64,000 bases of DNA from a candidate division TM6 bacterium GW2011_GWF2_28_16 (GCA_001029715.1 CP011212.1:259407-323406), one strand, 5' to 3'; positions 1-9,662 are shown, numbered from the stretch's first letter. Numbers and translations are program-made. The notes: generated by a model from the sequence alone, not told the origin.

Positions 1-27
1 GTTACAATCTCTCATAGATTAACAAAT

Positions 28-130
28 CAAATCAAGAGAAATGGTGAAGGAACTAGCCTTTTGACCCATTCAGCAACCGATCTTTCATGAAAGACGCGGT
101 GCTAAATCTAGCTCGCAAGAGGGAGATTCG
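28..130 (+). promoter_or_regulatory. SAM-I riboswitch aptamer
   Basis: ATCAAGAG...GGTGAAGGAACTAGCC...GA...CAGCAACC...GGTGCTAAATC...GAGAT matches the SAM-I consensus and lies directly upstream of metK. Confidence 0.9.
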
Positions 131-147
131 CTCGTTTGAGAAAATTC

Positions 148-175
148 AAACACTCTTTGCGGAGTGTTTTTTTAT
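148..175 (+). terminator. Intrinsic terminator, expression platform of the SAM-I riboswitch
   Basis: AAACACTC-TTTGCG-GAGTGTTT hairpin followed by a T-run, between the aptamer and the metK start. Confidence 0.8.
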
Positions 176-225
176 TTCTCCCCACAATTATTAATTTAAG
201 TTAATCGTTTTTAGAAGGAAAAAAT

Positions 226-1341
226 ATGTTTGATCAATTTACTTCGGAATCAGTAGCCGCTGGTCATCCAGACAAGATTTGTGATCAAATCTCTGACAGT
301 ATTATTGATGCTTGTTTAGCAGCTGATCCAAAAAGTCGTGTAGCAGTGGAAACTTTAGTAACCACCAATAAAGTTGTTTTGGCTGGTGAGGTGACTTGTT
401 CCACTCAAATTGATTTTGCCAAGATTGCTCGTCAAACTATTAAAAGATTGGGTTATGTTAATCCTGATTGGGGATTTTCTGATCAATCAGATATTGAAGT
501 TTATATTCATGAGCAGTCTCCAGATATTGCCGTTGGCGTGGATGATGGTGGAGCAGGAGATCAGGGAATTATGTTTGGTTATGCTTGCAATGAGACTCCA
601 GAATTAATGCCGATGCCGATTATGATGGCTCATCAGTTAATGCGTAGTTTAGACAAAGCAAGAGAAACTAACTTAATTTCTTATCTTAGACCAGATGGCA
701 AGGCACAAGTCGTCATTGATTATGATAAAAAAGGTCAGCCTCAAAAAGTTTCTACCATCATTATGGCAGTGCCTTACGATCCAAAAATTAGCAAAAAGCA
801 ATTAGACAATGATCTTTGGGAAAAAATTATTGTGCCTGCAGTTAAAAAGTATTTACCAAAGCAAGTTTTGATTAAAGATGACATTAAATTAATTATCAAT
901 GGTACTGGTGCTTGGGAGATTGGTGGGCCAGCCTCAGATACAGGAGTGACTGGTCGTAAAATTATCGTTGACACTTATGGTGGCATGGGTCGTCATGGCG
1001 GAGGCTGTTTTTCTGGGAAAGATCCTAGCAAAGTTGATCGCAGTGCTGCTTATGCCTGTCGCTTTTTGGCCAAAAATATTGTTGCTCATGGTTTGGCTAG
1101 TCGTTGCGAGCTAAGAGTGGGTTATGTTATTGGTCAGGCTCAACCAGTTTCTTTTAATGTTGAAACATTTAGTACTGGTAAAGTTAGTGAACAAGAAATC
1201 AAAGAATATGCTCTAAGTTTATTAGACATGTCAGTCAAAAATATTATTAAAAAACTTGATTTACGAAAGCCAGTTTTTGCTAAGACTGCTGCCTATGGTC
1301 ACTTTGGTAGGGAAGAATTTTCTTGGGAAAAAATTGTTTAG
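226..1341 (+). CDS. metK: S-adenosylmethionine synthetase
   Basis: FTSESV..GHPDKICDQISD, GAGDQG, GGGCFSGKDPSKVDRSAAY motifs. Confidence 0.98.
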   Translation: MFDQFTSESVAAGHPDKICDQISDSIIDACLAADPKSRVAVETLVTTNKVVLAGEVTCSTQIDFAKIARQTIKRLGYVNPDWGFSDQSDIEVYIHEQSPDIAVGVDDGGAGDQGIMFGYACNETPELMPMPIMMAHQLMRSLDKARETNLISYLRPDGKAQVVIDYDKKGQPQKVSTIIMAVPYDPKISKKQLDNDLWEKIIVPAVKKYLPKQVLIKDDIKLIINGTGAWEIGGPASDTGVTGRKIIVDTYGGMGRHGGGCFSGKDPSKVDRSAAYACRFLAKNIVAHGLASRCELRVGYVIGQAQPVSFNVETFSTGKVSEQEIKEYALSLLDMSVKNIIKKLDLRKPVFAKTAAYGHFGREEFSWEKIV

Positions 1342-1376
1342 TTTTTAAAATTTATCCATTGTGATATATTTACTTT

Positions 1377-2168
1377 ATGAAGAAAAAATTTCCACTTTTC
1401 CTCTTATTAATTATTATTGCTGGAGCAGCTGTTTATTTTTTTAGTCAAAAAAATAATCCGCAGTTGGCAGAGAAAGCGGCTGAAAAAGCTGTAGTCAATG
1501 AAATGTTGGCCAACTGTAAATACGATAAAGACGTTTGTGCTTACTTTGTTGCTCAGGCTCAAGCGATGGAAAAGGGTGTCGTCATTAGTACCGTAGCTAA
1601 TTTAGGTGAATATGGAACCAGTACTAGTGAAATGAAAACCAGTGGTAGTGATATGGAAGTGAATAGCTATAAAGATGGTCAGCTGGAGTCAAGCATGATT
1701 TCTTTTGGTGGAGTCACTTATTTCGAAGACTTAGAAGACAACAGTTGGTACCAGGTGGGTGACGCTGAGGGCAATTTTAGCGATCCTAAAGAAAGTTTAG
1801 TAGAAATTCAAGCTACTTATAATGAAGATAATTTGGACATGCAAATTAAAAAAGTGGGTAGTGAGGCTTGCGGAAATTTGACCTGCGATAAGTATGAAAT
1901 CATTGATACTATGGGCGAAGATGGTAGCACTAGCTATGTTTGGATTGACACTAAGGAGCACTTGGCTCGCAGAATGGAATTTAGCTTTGAGGGTGGATCC
2001 AATGTAATGGAATATAAATATGAAGCGGTACAAATTAACAAACCAGCTCCAATTAAGGAAATGCCCATGTTTGATGCTCCTGACAGCAGTGAAGTAGAAA
2101 GTGGCGAGATGCCTTCCCAAGCAGAACTTGAGCAAATGATGAAAGATTATGGATTAGATGGCGAATAA
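1377..2168 (+). CDS. Membrane-anchored exported protein of unknown function
   Basis: N-terminal hydrophobic anchor followed by an acidic beta-rich domain. Confidence 0.7.
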   Translation: MKKKFPLFLLLIIIAGAAVYFFSQKNNPQLAEKAAEKAVVNEMLANCKYDKDVCAYFVAQAQAMEKGVVISTVANLGEYGTSTSEMKTSGSDMEVNSYKDGQLESSMISFGGVTYFEDLEDNSWYQVGDAEGNFSDPKESLVEIQATYNEDNLDMQIKKVGSEACGNLTCDKYEIIDTMGEDGSTSYVWIDTKEHLARRMEFSFEGGSNVMEYKYEAVQINKPAPIKEMPMFDAPDSSEVESGEMPSQAELEQMMKDYGLDGE

Positions 2169-2646
2169 TTTTTCACCAACTTCAAGCTTGCCAGTTAAAT
2201 TTATTCGTCCTGGAATAAAGGCATTTATTGTTCGTGATGGGAAAATTTTAGTGGTCAAAGAAAAAGTGAAGCGCTTTGGCAAAGAAACAATTATTTATGA
2301 CTTACCAGGTGGAGGGATTGATCCAGGTGAAAATTTACACGATGCTCTCCATCGTGAAGTAATGGAAGAAGTTGGACTTAAAATTGAGATAGGCAAGTCG
2401 GTTGGCAATTGGGATTTTGTCATTCCAAGTTTTGAAGATCCAAATTTTAGCGTACACATTATTTGTATGGGTTATCAATGCAAATTGCTTGGTGAACAGA
2501 TGATAGATATAGACAAAAACCCCGCGAAACTAGAAGATATTTTTGGTACTGTGTGGATGAGCAAGGCAGAAATCTTGGCTTTGGAATATGATGTTTTTGC
2601 CCACAATTTAAATGTGAGAAAAGCTCTGGAGGCTGTGGAAATATAA
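2158..2646 (+). CDS. NUDIX hydrolase
   Basis: Nudix box GGIDPGENLHDALHREVMEEVGL. Confidence 0.93.
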   Translation: MANNFSPTSSLPVKFIRPGIKAFIVRDGKILVVKEKVKRFGKETIIYDLPGGGIDPGENLHDALHREVMEEVGLKIEIGKSVGNWDFVIPSFEDPNFSVHIICMGYQCKLLGEQMIDIDKNPAKLEDIFGTVWMSKAEILALEYDVFAHNLNVRKALEAVEI

Positions 2647-2655
2647 ATAGTTGAT

Positions 2656-3948
2656 TTATTTTGCCATCGCTTTTTTCTTTAATTCCAATGGCATTTTTTC
2701 AATGGCATAACGTAAGGAAGTTCTAGGCATCACTGCTTTGTTTTTCATGACGTAATTGAAAACTTCTTGTTGATGAGCTTGGCTAGCTGCTTTGAGCATC
2801 CAACCATAGCCTTTTTGCACCATATCATCTGAATCAAGTAACAGGCTGTCCGCAATTTCAAAAATGTCTTTGAGGAATTTGCCATTTCTAGCAGGAATGA
2901 TGAGTGAGACAGCACTAGCTCTTTTGACCCATCTATTTTTAGATTTGGTCCATTTTTTTAATTCAGTTAGGTATTCTGGGAAAGTTTCTATGAATTTACC
3001 AATTGTGTGATTGCAAAAAGTATCGCAAGACGCCCAGTTGTTAATATATTTCTCGACCCAGTTTTCAAAAATAGTAAAGTCTTTTGCTTCGTATTGTTTC
3101 CAAACATTATAAGACCAATTACAGGCGATGAAAGTTTCTTCCATATAACCAGATTGCCAAAGTTTTTCACATAAAGAAAATATTTTTTCTTTGCTTTCAT
3201 CTTTGATTTCTTTGAAAGTTTCTTTAGCAATTTTGGCAACAGTAGCGGTTTTGACACCATAAAGCTCAACTGCTTCTTTGAAAAATCTTTGACTAGATGC
3301 TTGAGTTTTAGGGTCAGCATTTTGTTTTAATTGATTTTGGAGGGTTTTGATGAGGGGATGCATATCTTGCTCTCTGTCTGTAAGATATTTTTCACGTAGT
3401 TTTTTGGCGAAAGAAGTCGAAAAAGGTTTCTTGCCAAAAATAGGTGAAACTTCTTGTTTAAGGTGTTCTAGCATTTCTTTATTATTTTTCTTTAAAACTT
3501 TTTGTATAGCTCGACAACCTTCCTGAGTATAAATCCATAGGTAATCTAAATCTTTAAAAGTTCCAAGAACTTTATCATTTAAATAAATATCAATTTTGCC
3601 AAAAGCCCAGTCATCGTGAACTGAAATATATTTAATAATTTGTTTAGATTTATTTTTAGGATAATTAATTGAATCCAGAATTTTTTTCGCAAGCTTCGCC
3701 CCAGTTTTCATGTGTGCTTTTCTAATATCTTTATCGTAGTAATTGACTTCTGCTATATCGGCTAAAGTTGAGTAGCCTATGTCATGTAAGATTGCGAGGG
3801 GCATCAGCAAGGTTTTATCTAGAGATTCTTGTGCACAGACCTCATCAACCTTTTGCATAAACCACTCGATATGTTTAATATCCATGGGACGACCTTTTTG
3901 GTAGTAGGGTTTAGAGAGTTGCCAGATTTGTAAGTAGATATCTTGCAT
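2656..3948 (-). CDS. HD-domain phosphohydrolase fused to an AlkD-like DNA alkylation repair protein
   Basis: N-terminal H..ILHDIGY..H..HDD..D; C-terminal NNWASCDTFC, WVKRASAV, DMVQKGYGWMLK, RTSLRYAIEK (AlkD HEAT-like). Confidence 0.85.
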   Translation of the reverse strand: MQDIYLQIWQLSKPYYQKGRPMDIKHIEWFMQKVDEVCAQESLDKTLLMPLAILHDIGYSTLADIAEVNYYDKDIRKAHMKTGAKLAKKILDSINYPKNKSKQIIKYISVHDDWAFGKIDIYLNDKVLGTFKDLDYLWIYTQEGCRAIQKVLKKNNKEMLEHLKQEVSPIFGKKPFSTSFAKKLREKYLTDREQDMHPLIKTLQNQLKQNADPKTQASSQRFFKEAVELYGVKTATVAKIAKETFKEIKDESKEKIFSLCEKLWQSGYMEETFIACNWSYNVWKQYEAKDFTIFENWVEKYINNWASCDTFCNHTIGKFIETFPEYLTELKKWTKSKNRWVKRASAVSLIIPARNGKFLKDIFEIADSLLLDSDDMVQKGYGWMLKAASQAHQQEVFNYVMKNKAVMPRTSLRYAIEKMPLELKKKAMAK

Positions 3949-4001
3949 GAAGAATATTGTAGCACTGCAGAAGTGTGGGAACAGTACGCTGTGAGTATTG
4001 C

Positions 4002-4050
4002 TTAGGTTTGCTTTGTAAACTTAGTGGGATTCGCCCTCTTCGAGGACTAG
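4002..4050. repeat. Partial or rearranged copy of the tRNA-associated double-hairpin repeat
   Basis: C-TTT-G-loop hairpin 4002-4024, T-arm fragment GGGATTCG 4026-4033, then CCTC-TTC-GAGG-ACTAG 4035-4050. Confidence 0.6.
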
Positions 4051-4116
4051 TCACACACCCCTAAAGAGTGCTTGCTAGGCAAACAGAGTATTTGCTATAT
4101 CGATCTCGCTTGACGG

Positions 4117-4201
4117 CGGAGGGACAGGGATTCGAACCCTGGATAGCTTGCGCTATGGCGGTTTAGTAAACCGCTGCACTAGGCCACTATGCGATCCCTC
4201 C
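4117..4201 (-). tRNA. tRNA-Ser, anticodon ACT (A34)
   Basis: GGAGGGA/TCCCTCC acceptor, G73, anticodon arm GCGGT-TTACTAA-ACCGC, long variable arm, CAGGG-TTCGAAT-CCCTG T-arm. Confidence 0.92.
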
Positions 4202-4235
4202 TTTTTAAACTAACAGGGTCTGATTGTACCAAAGA

Positions 4236-5237
4236 TTAGCTTTTAATAACAGATTTTGTTTTTTGTTTATCCAAGAGAAAAAGACTCAAAAATAAGGTGA
4301 GTCCCCAAAGGGTAATAACGCCGAAAAGAACAGTTGTGCTTAATTGTTTGGTTATCATTGCATAAATAATTCTCATTAAAATTGTATGGGATAAAAAAAT
4401 GATGTAGGAATTTTTGCCTAACCAAAGTAAAAGTTTATTGGCAGGTAATTTTATAGTCACTAAACTTAGACAAAAAGATAAGCCGAATAAAATAATTGAC
4501 AATTTAGTAAATTTTAAAACTGGCAGCGGATCGATACCATTATTGATTTGCTTTAGACAGATAAAAACTATCGCGCCAAAAACTAAAGCACTGAGAACTG
4601 GAGCGAGTTTGACTAATAATTTTGGCAAAGTTTTTAATTTTAAATAAATGCCAAAAGCAAAATAACCAATCCATGACAGTGATAAGGTATATTGAAAGCG
4701 ATCGCTTTTACTGCTTGTAGCGGCGAAAGTGATATAAAGAGTGACTTGGATTAATAGCGTGAGAAATAAAAGTAGTTTTGGTTTTTTTCGAAGCAGCCAA
4801 AGCAAAGGGAAAAGAGCATAAAGCTGAAAAAGTACTGGTAAAAAATATAACTGATAATCAGCTTGACCAAAAAGCAATTGTATCCAAAGCGACATCGGTT
4901 GGTTGCCATATGACCAAGCAGACACGGAACTGATGATTAGAATCGAAGCAAAGCTCCATAATAAATAAAGCGGTAACAGTTTGAAAACTCTTTTTTTGAA
5001 AAAATCTAAATATTCAATTTTTTGGTTTTCATATTTTGTTGCTAGTCCGTAACCAGAAAGCATAATAAAAGCTGGCACACAAAAACGAGCTAATTGATCA
5101 ATGCTGATAAAAAAAAGTTGTTTTTCTGAATTATAAATACCAGGAAAATAAGCAAGAATATGAATGATGACAACGGCGATAATGGCGAGTCCTCTGATTA
5201 AATTAGTTCTTTGGAAGGAGATAAAAATTTTTTGCAC
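4236..5237 (-). CDS. Acyltransferase 3 family membrane O-acyltransferase
   Basis: RGLAIIAVVIIH, FCVPAFIMLSGY, LYFLPVLFQLY; multiple TM helices. Confidence 0.88.
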   Translation of the reverse strand: MQKIFISFQRTNLIRGLAIIAVVIIHILAYFPGIYNSEKQLFFISIDQLARFCVPAFIMLSGYGLATKYENQKIEYLDFFKKRVFKLLPLYLLWSFASILIISSVSAWSYGNQPMSLWIQLLFGQADYQLYFLPVLFQLYALFPLLWLLRKKPKLLLFLTLLIQVTLYITFAATSSKSDRFQYTLSLSWIGYFAFGIYLKLKTLPKLLVKLAPVLSALVFGAIVFICLKQINNGIDPLPVLKFTKLSIILFGLSFCLSLVTIKLPANKLLLWLGKNSYIIFLSHTILMRIIYAMITKQLSTTVLFGVITLWGLTLFLSLFLLDKQKTKSVIKS

Positions 5238-5306
5238 TTTAGATATTTATAAATATTATAGCAGTTCGAGAGGACAGATCTAAGCATTAGTAATATAGTA
5301 AGTCAT

Positions 5307-6290
5307 ATGAAATATAGAACATTGGGAAAGACTGGCTATAAAGTTTCTGAGATTGCCTATGGTTCTTGGTCTTTGGGGGCTGATTGGGGTGACGTTTCAG
5401 AAGAACAGGCTTTTTCTACTCTAGCCACATTACCAAAAGCAGGTATTAATTTTATTGATACAGCGGATGTTTATGGTGATGGTAGAAGTGAAAAGTTAAT
5501 TGCTAAATTTGGACAGACTGAGACTGCGCCGATGCACATAGCAACTAAAGCAGGCAGAAGACTAAATCCCCATCTTGCTAGAGGCTATACGGAAGAAAAT
5601 TTAACAAAATTTGTTGAGCGAAGTCTTAAAAATCTAGAGACCAATTGTTTAGATTTGCTCCAACTTCATTGTCCACCAACACAAGTTTTTTATATGCCTG
5701 AAACTTTCAGAGCATTGGATAATTTGGTGAAAGCAGGAAAGATTCGTTACTACGGGGTTAGTGTAGAAAAAGTGGAAGAGGCATTGAAGGCAATTGAATT
5801 TCCAAATGTTTCAACAGTGCAAATAATTTTTAATATGTTTAGACAACGTCCGATGGAATTATTTTTTCAAGAAGCTAAAAAGCGCAACATTGGGATTATT
5901 GTTCGGGTGCCTTTGGCAAGTGGGCTTTTGACTGGTAAGTTTGATTCCAATTCAAAGTTCGCTGAAAACGATCATCGTCTATATAACCGACAAGGAGCAG
6001 CTTTTGATGTAGGTGAAACATTTGCAGGAGTAGATTTCGAAACTGGATTAACTGCAGTAAAAAAGCTCAAAAAGATTGTTCCTGCTGGATATACAATGCC
6101 ACAATTTGCTCTCAAATGGATTTTAATGCAAGATGCTGTTTCGACAGTAATTGTAGGAGGAAAGACAGCAGAGCAAGTTATGGAAAACAGCCAAGCTAGC
6201 GAACTTCCAGCTCTTAGCGATCAATTGATGAAAAAAGTTGCAGATATTTATGAATCTTCAATCAAATCTCAAGTTCATTATCGTTGGTAA
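5307..6290 (+). CDS. Aldo/keto reductase
   Basis: YRTLGKTG, FIDTADVYGDGRSE, DLLQLH, PLASGLLTGK. Confidence 0.95.
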   Translation: MKYRTLGKTGYKVSEIAYGSWSLGADWGDVSEEQAFSTLATLPKAGINFIDTADVYGDGRSEKLIAKFGQTETAPMHIATKAGRRLNPHLARGYTEENLTKFVERSLKNLETNCLDLLQLHCPPTQVFYMPETFRALDNLVKAGKIRYYGVSVEKVEEALKAIEFPNVSTVQIIFNMFRQRPMELFFQEAKKRNIGIIVRVPLASGLLTGKFDSNSKFAENDHRLYNRQGAAFDVGETFAGVDFETGLTAVKKLKKIVPAGYTMPQFALKWILMQDAVSTVIVGGKTAEQVMENSQASELPALSDQLMKKVADIYESSIKSQVHYRW

Positions 6291-6295
6291 TTTTT

Positions 6296-6556
6296 TTATT
6301 GCCGAATCAGAATTTCTTTTTTGCTTCGACTCAATTTTTTAATCTCGCATTCCTTTTGAGCTGCTTCTTTGTGAGTAGTAAATTTTTCAGAATGAACTAA
6401 TTTGACAGGTCCGCGCCCGCGAGTATAAGTAGCACCTTTACCAGAATTATGGACTTTAATGCGATGATCTAGGTCATATGTCAGACCGGTGTAATAAGTC
6501 TTGTCGGCACATTGCAGGATGTAGGTGAACCAATGAGGATGAGTGGATTTAGGCAC
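6296..6556 (-). CDS. GIY-YIG nuclease family protein (YhbQ/UPF0213-like)
   Basis: YILQCADKTYYTG..DLDHRIKVHNSGKGATYTRGR..E..IKKLSR..KE. Confidence 0.9.
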   Translation of the reverse strand: MPKSTHPHWFTYILQCADKTYYTGLTYDLDHRIKVHNSGKGATYTRGRGPVKLVHSEKFTTHKEAAQKECEIKKLSRSKKEILIRQ

Positions 6557-6563
6557 GATACCA

Positions 6564-6938
6564 TTATACAGGCGATTCGGTCATCGCATGGATAAAACCA
6601 ATAATAAGGCCGTTGTCTAAATCTTCACCACAGGAGATGTATCCATTTAAAAAGTCAGGAGAGATTTTACTCCACTCACTGTTTAATTCAAAATTATTTT
6701 TCTTTGCAAAATCTGGCCACTTAGCTAGGGTTTCTTGAAGGGCTGCTTCGTTTTCAAATTTCTTTCCGACGACATATTTATCAAGAAAAAGAGAAAGTAT
6801 TTTATAGGTAGGACGAGTTATTGTTAAAAAATATTTAGTAGCTGAATCTTCTAAAGCTCTTATATCTTCTGGTGAAAGACCACTACCCTGATCCTTGTTT
6901 AGAAGATCGTTTTGACAGCCTTCAATCTCTATCGGCAT
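6564..6938 (-). CDS. Hypothetical protein, paralog of 9663-10028
   Basis: Shared motif T.PT.K.L..FLD..V..KKF.N...L...L.KWP.FA. Confidence 0.75.
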   Translation of the reverse strand: MPIEIEGCQNDLLNKDQGSGLSPEDIRALEDSATKYFLTITRPTYKILSLFLDKYVVGKKFENEAALQETLAKWPDFAKKNNFELNSEWSKISPDFLNGYISCGEDLDNGLIIGFIHAMTESPV

Positions 6939-7033
6939 AAATTATCCTTTTCGTTAAAAAATTGATAATCAATGTAATAATATATCAAACAACGTCATTG
7001 TCAATAATGAAGCGAAATAAAGGGCTTTTTTGC

Positions 7034-7666
7034 TTATACCGTATTAAAATAGCGATCACCGTAGTCACCGAGTCCTGGAACAATATATTTTTTATCATTA
7101 AGTTTTTGATCAATGCTGGCGGTAAAAATTTTTACTTTAGGAAATTCTTGATGAATGGCTTCAATTCCTTCAGGTGCAGCGAGGACGCTGGCAACGCGCA
7201 TTTCTTTTGGATTTTCTTCTGCCATTCTGCGTAATAAATGTAAAATAGAACCGCCAGTAGCTAGCATCGGGTCGGTAACAATGATGGTAGTGTTGTGATC
7301 AATCTCCGGTAGTTTCCAATAATATTCGCGGGCGACAGCTGTGCATTCATCACGTTCCAAACCGACGAAGCCGACTTTGACATTGGGTAATAAATCCATG
7401 GCTCCAAAAAGCATAGCAATGCCAGAGCGTAAAACAGGTACAACAACTATATTTTCATCTAGTGTGCACGATGTAGTTTCACAAAGAGGTGTTTCAATCT
7501 TTCCTTTTTTACAAGACAAGCTTTTAGTGGCTTCGGCAAATAATAAATAACAAATACGATCAGAGTTCTCACGGAATTCGTGTAATGATGTTTTTTTATC
7601 GCGTAGGTGACTGAGGGAATCTTGAATAATAGGATTTTTACAAACGAAAACATTTTTTAAAATCAT
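7034..7666 (-). CDS. upp: Uracil phosphoribosyltransferase
   Basis: VPVLRSG, DPMLATGGS, YIVPGLGDYGDRYF. Confidence 0.97.
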   Translation of the reverse strand: MILKNVFVCKNPIIQDSLSHLRDKKTSLHEFRENSDRICYLLFAEATKSLSCKKGKIETPLCETTSCTLDENIVVVPVLRSGIAMLFGAMDLLPNVKVGFVGLERDECTAVAREYYWKLPEIDHNTTIIVTDPMLATGGSILHLLRRMAEENPKEMRVASVLAAPEGIEAIHQEFPKVKIFTASIDQKLNDKKYIVPGLGDYGDRYFNTV

Positions 7667-7741
7667 ATTTTTTTAGTCTAATTTAATTATGGGAAGATGG
7701 CAAGGGAGATTGCGATTGAATGATTCTTAATATACCCCCCA

Positions 7742-8215
7742 ATGGTATGCTATACTTATTTCATGATTTCTATAAAAGAATTTTTAATAGTCAAAATCCT
7801 GCGTAGTAATTATTGTAAATTAATTTGGTTGCTGGGGTTTTTTGGCAGTTATTTTTTAATTCCAAAGCATCTCTTTATGACTGCCTATGCTTATTTGGCT
7901 TTGTTTTTTATGTTGGGTTTTGCGACGATGCTGACTTGTTTTATTCGCAATATAAAAGAAAAAATTACTTTAGCTAAAACTTATAAATCTTCTTTTTTGG
8001 GGATTTTGGCTTCTATTTTGGGTCTAACAGCTTTGCAACTTTGTGGACTTGGAGGTGTTTTTTGTAGCGGCAGTGTTTTTCTTGGATTATTAACGACTAT
8101 TTTTCCTGGAATAGCTTTAGGAATTTTTAGTCAGTATGCAGTGGAATTAGTGATTTTTTCGATCATTATGCAAGCGGTTACGATTTGGCAAATGGGCTGT
8201 TTTAAGAAGAAGTAA
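7742..8215 (+). CDS. Hypothetical membrane protein
   Basis: About 4 TM segments and a C-x6-C motif; start uncertain. Confidence 0.65.
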   Translation: MVCYTYFMISIKEFLIVKILRSNYCKLIWLLGFFGSYFLIPKHLFMTAYAYLALFFMLGFATMLTCFIRNIKEKITLAKTYKSSFLGILASILGLTALQLCGLGGVFCSGSVFLGLLTTIFPGIALGIFSQYAVELVIFSIIMQAVTIWQMGCFKKK

Positions 8216-8941
8216 TTAAGCCAAAAAATAAATCAATCCTGCTCCAATTGAAAAGCTGAGGAGTGAAAGCAAGAGTTTAACTACATTCTTTTCTGCACGA
8301 ATTTCTGGAAGCAAATCAGAAGTAGCAATATAAATAAATCCACCGGCAGCAATAGCGAGTAAATAATAATTAAAGGATTCCACGCTACTGTAAAAACTAC
8401 CTACGATTGTGCCAATTATGGCAACTAAGGCAACGGCGAAATTGAGCAAAATGGCTTTCTTTTTACTAAAACCTGCATGAATTAAAACGCCAAAATCACC
8501 AAATTCTTGAGGTAATTCGTGTAGAGCAATCGCTAAACTACTAGATAAACCAACACGCCAATCGATAGTGAAGCTAGCAGCAATAATCAAACCATCAATG
8601 AAGTTGTGAATAGAATCACCTAGTAAATTCATATAACCAAAACTATGGACATGGCAATTTTCTTTATGGCAGTGGCGCCATTGGAAAATCTTTTCAATGA
8701 TAAAAAATGCAAAGAAAGCTAGAAAAGTTACTAATAAACTGGTCTCAATTCCTAAAGCTTCAGCGCTCTCTGGAATTAGATGAAAAAAAGCATCAGCCAT
8801 TAGAGTTCCAGCGGCTAAAGCTAGTAAATAGATAATAATTTTATGAAGGAGTTTGTGTTTAATGCTGAGTGAAAAAACGCCTAATAGAGAAATGAGGCTG
8901 ATCAAAAAAGTAGCTAATAGAGCGAAAAGTAAATTTGACAT
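8216..8941 (-). CDS. ZIP family metal transporter
   Basis: FHLIPES, HNFIDG, HELPQEFGDF, His-rich loop. Confidence 0.93.
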   Translation of the reverse strand: MSNLLFALLATFLISLISLLGVFSLSIKHKLLHKIIIYLLALAAGTLMADAFFHLIPESAEALGIETSLLVTFLAFFAFFIIEKIFQWRHCHKENCHVHSFGYMNLLGDSIHNFIDGLIIAASFTIDWRVGLSSSLAIALHELPQEFGDFGVLIHAGFSKKKAILLNFAVALVAIIGTIVGSFYSSVESFNYYLLAIAAGGFIYIATSDLLPEIRAEKNVVKLLLSLLSFSIGAGLIYFLA

Positions 8942-8999
8942 AGGTTGTATTTTAACAGAGATGGGAAGATGGAATAATTGGATTTATGCTTAAGGGGGA

Positions 9000-9629
9000 T
9001 TATCCAATTTTTTGAACTAGTTTTGGAATTTCAATAAATAAATTAGTTCTAGCATCTGCTCCTAACAATTCATCTTTTGTATAAGCAATAGCTTTCATGC
9101 CAGCTGCCTTAGCTGCGTTCATATCACTTTGAGCGTCGCCCACATAAACAGCCTCATTGGGTTTTATGGCTAATCTTTCGCACGCCAACAATAGTGGCTC
9201 TGGTTCTGGTTTATGTTTTTCTGTGTCTTCAAAAAAGACAGCAATCTGAAAAAAATTCTGTAAAGCAGTTAGCTGAGGCACGAGAGAAACTCTAGATTTC
9301 ACTCTACTTGTGACTATCGCTAAGGCGTATTTTTTGCTTAATATTTTAAGAGTGCTTTCACAGTTATCTGGGATAGTTATCGATTTTTCTTGATAAGGCA
9401 CTGCATGGCTTTTACCCAGTAGCCAAATTCTTTGCACTTCTTTTTCGTCAGCAGTTGGAATTAACTTTGCTATGGCCTGATCCATCGGTAAATGAAATGT
9501 GGTTTTGTAAACTTCTCTAGTTGGAGGATTATATCCAGTAAAGGACATCAAGTCTTGGAAAAATTTAAAATTTGCTTCAAAGGAGTCTAGCAAAACACCG
9601 TCGACGTCGAAAATAACTGCTTTGATCAT
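9000..9629 (-). CDS. HAD family hydrolase
   Basis: FDVDGVLLDS, KPEPEP, YVGDAQSD. Confidence 0.93.
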   Translation of the reverse strand: MIKAVIFDVDGVLLDSFEANFKFFQDLMSFTGYNPPTREVYKTTFHLPMDQAIAKLIPTADEKEVQRIWLLGKSHAVPYQEKSITIPDNCESTLKILSKKYALAIVTSRVKSRVSLVPQLTALQNFFQIAVFFEDTEKHKPEPEPLLLACERLAIKPNEAVYVGDAQSDMNAAKAAGMKAIAYTKDELLGADARTNLFIEIPKLVQKIG

Positions 9630-9662
9630 GGTTGAATTATATTATATATGGAAAGAGATTTT

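Noticed and set aside
4165-4167. AGA/AGG reassignment to Ser suggested by tRNA-Ser(ACT)
   Set aside because: AGA encodes conserved Arg, for example in RecA GRIIE
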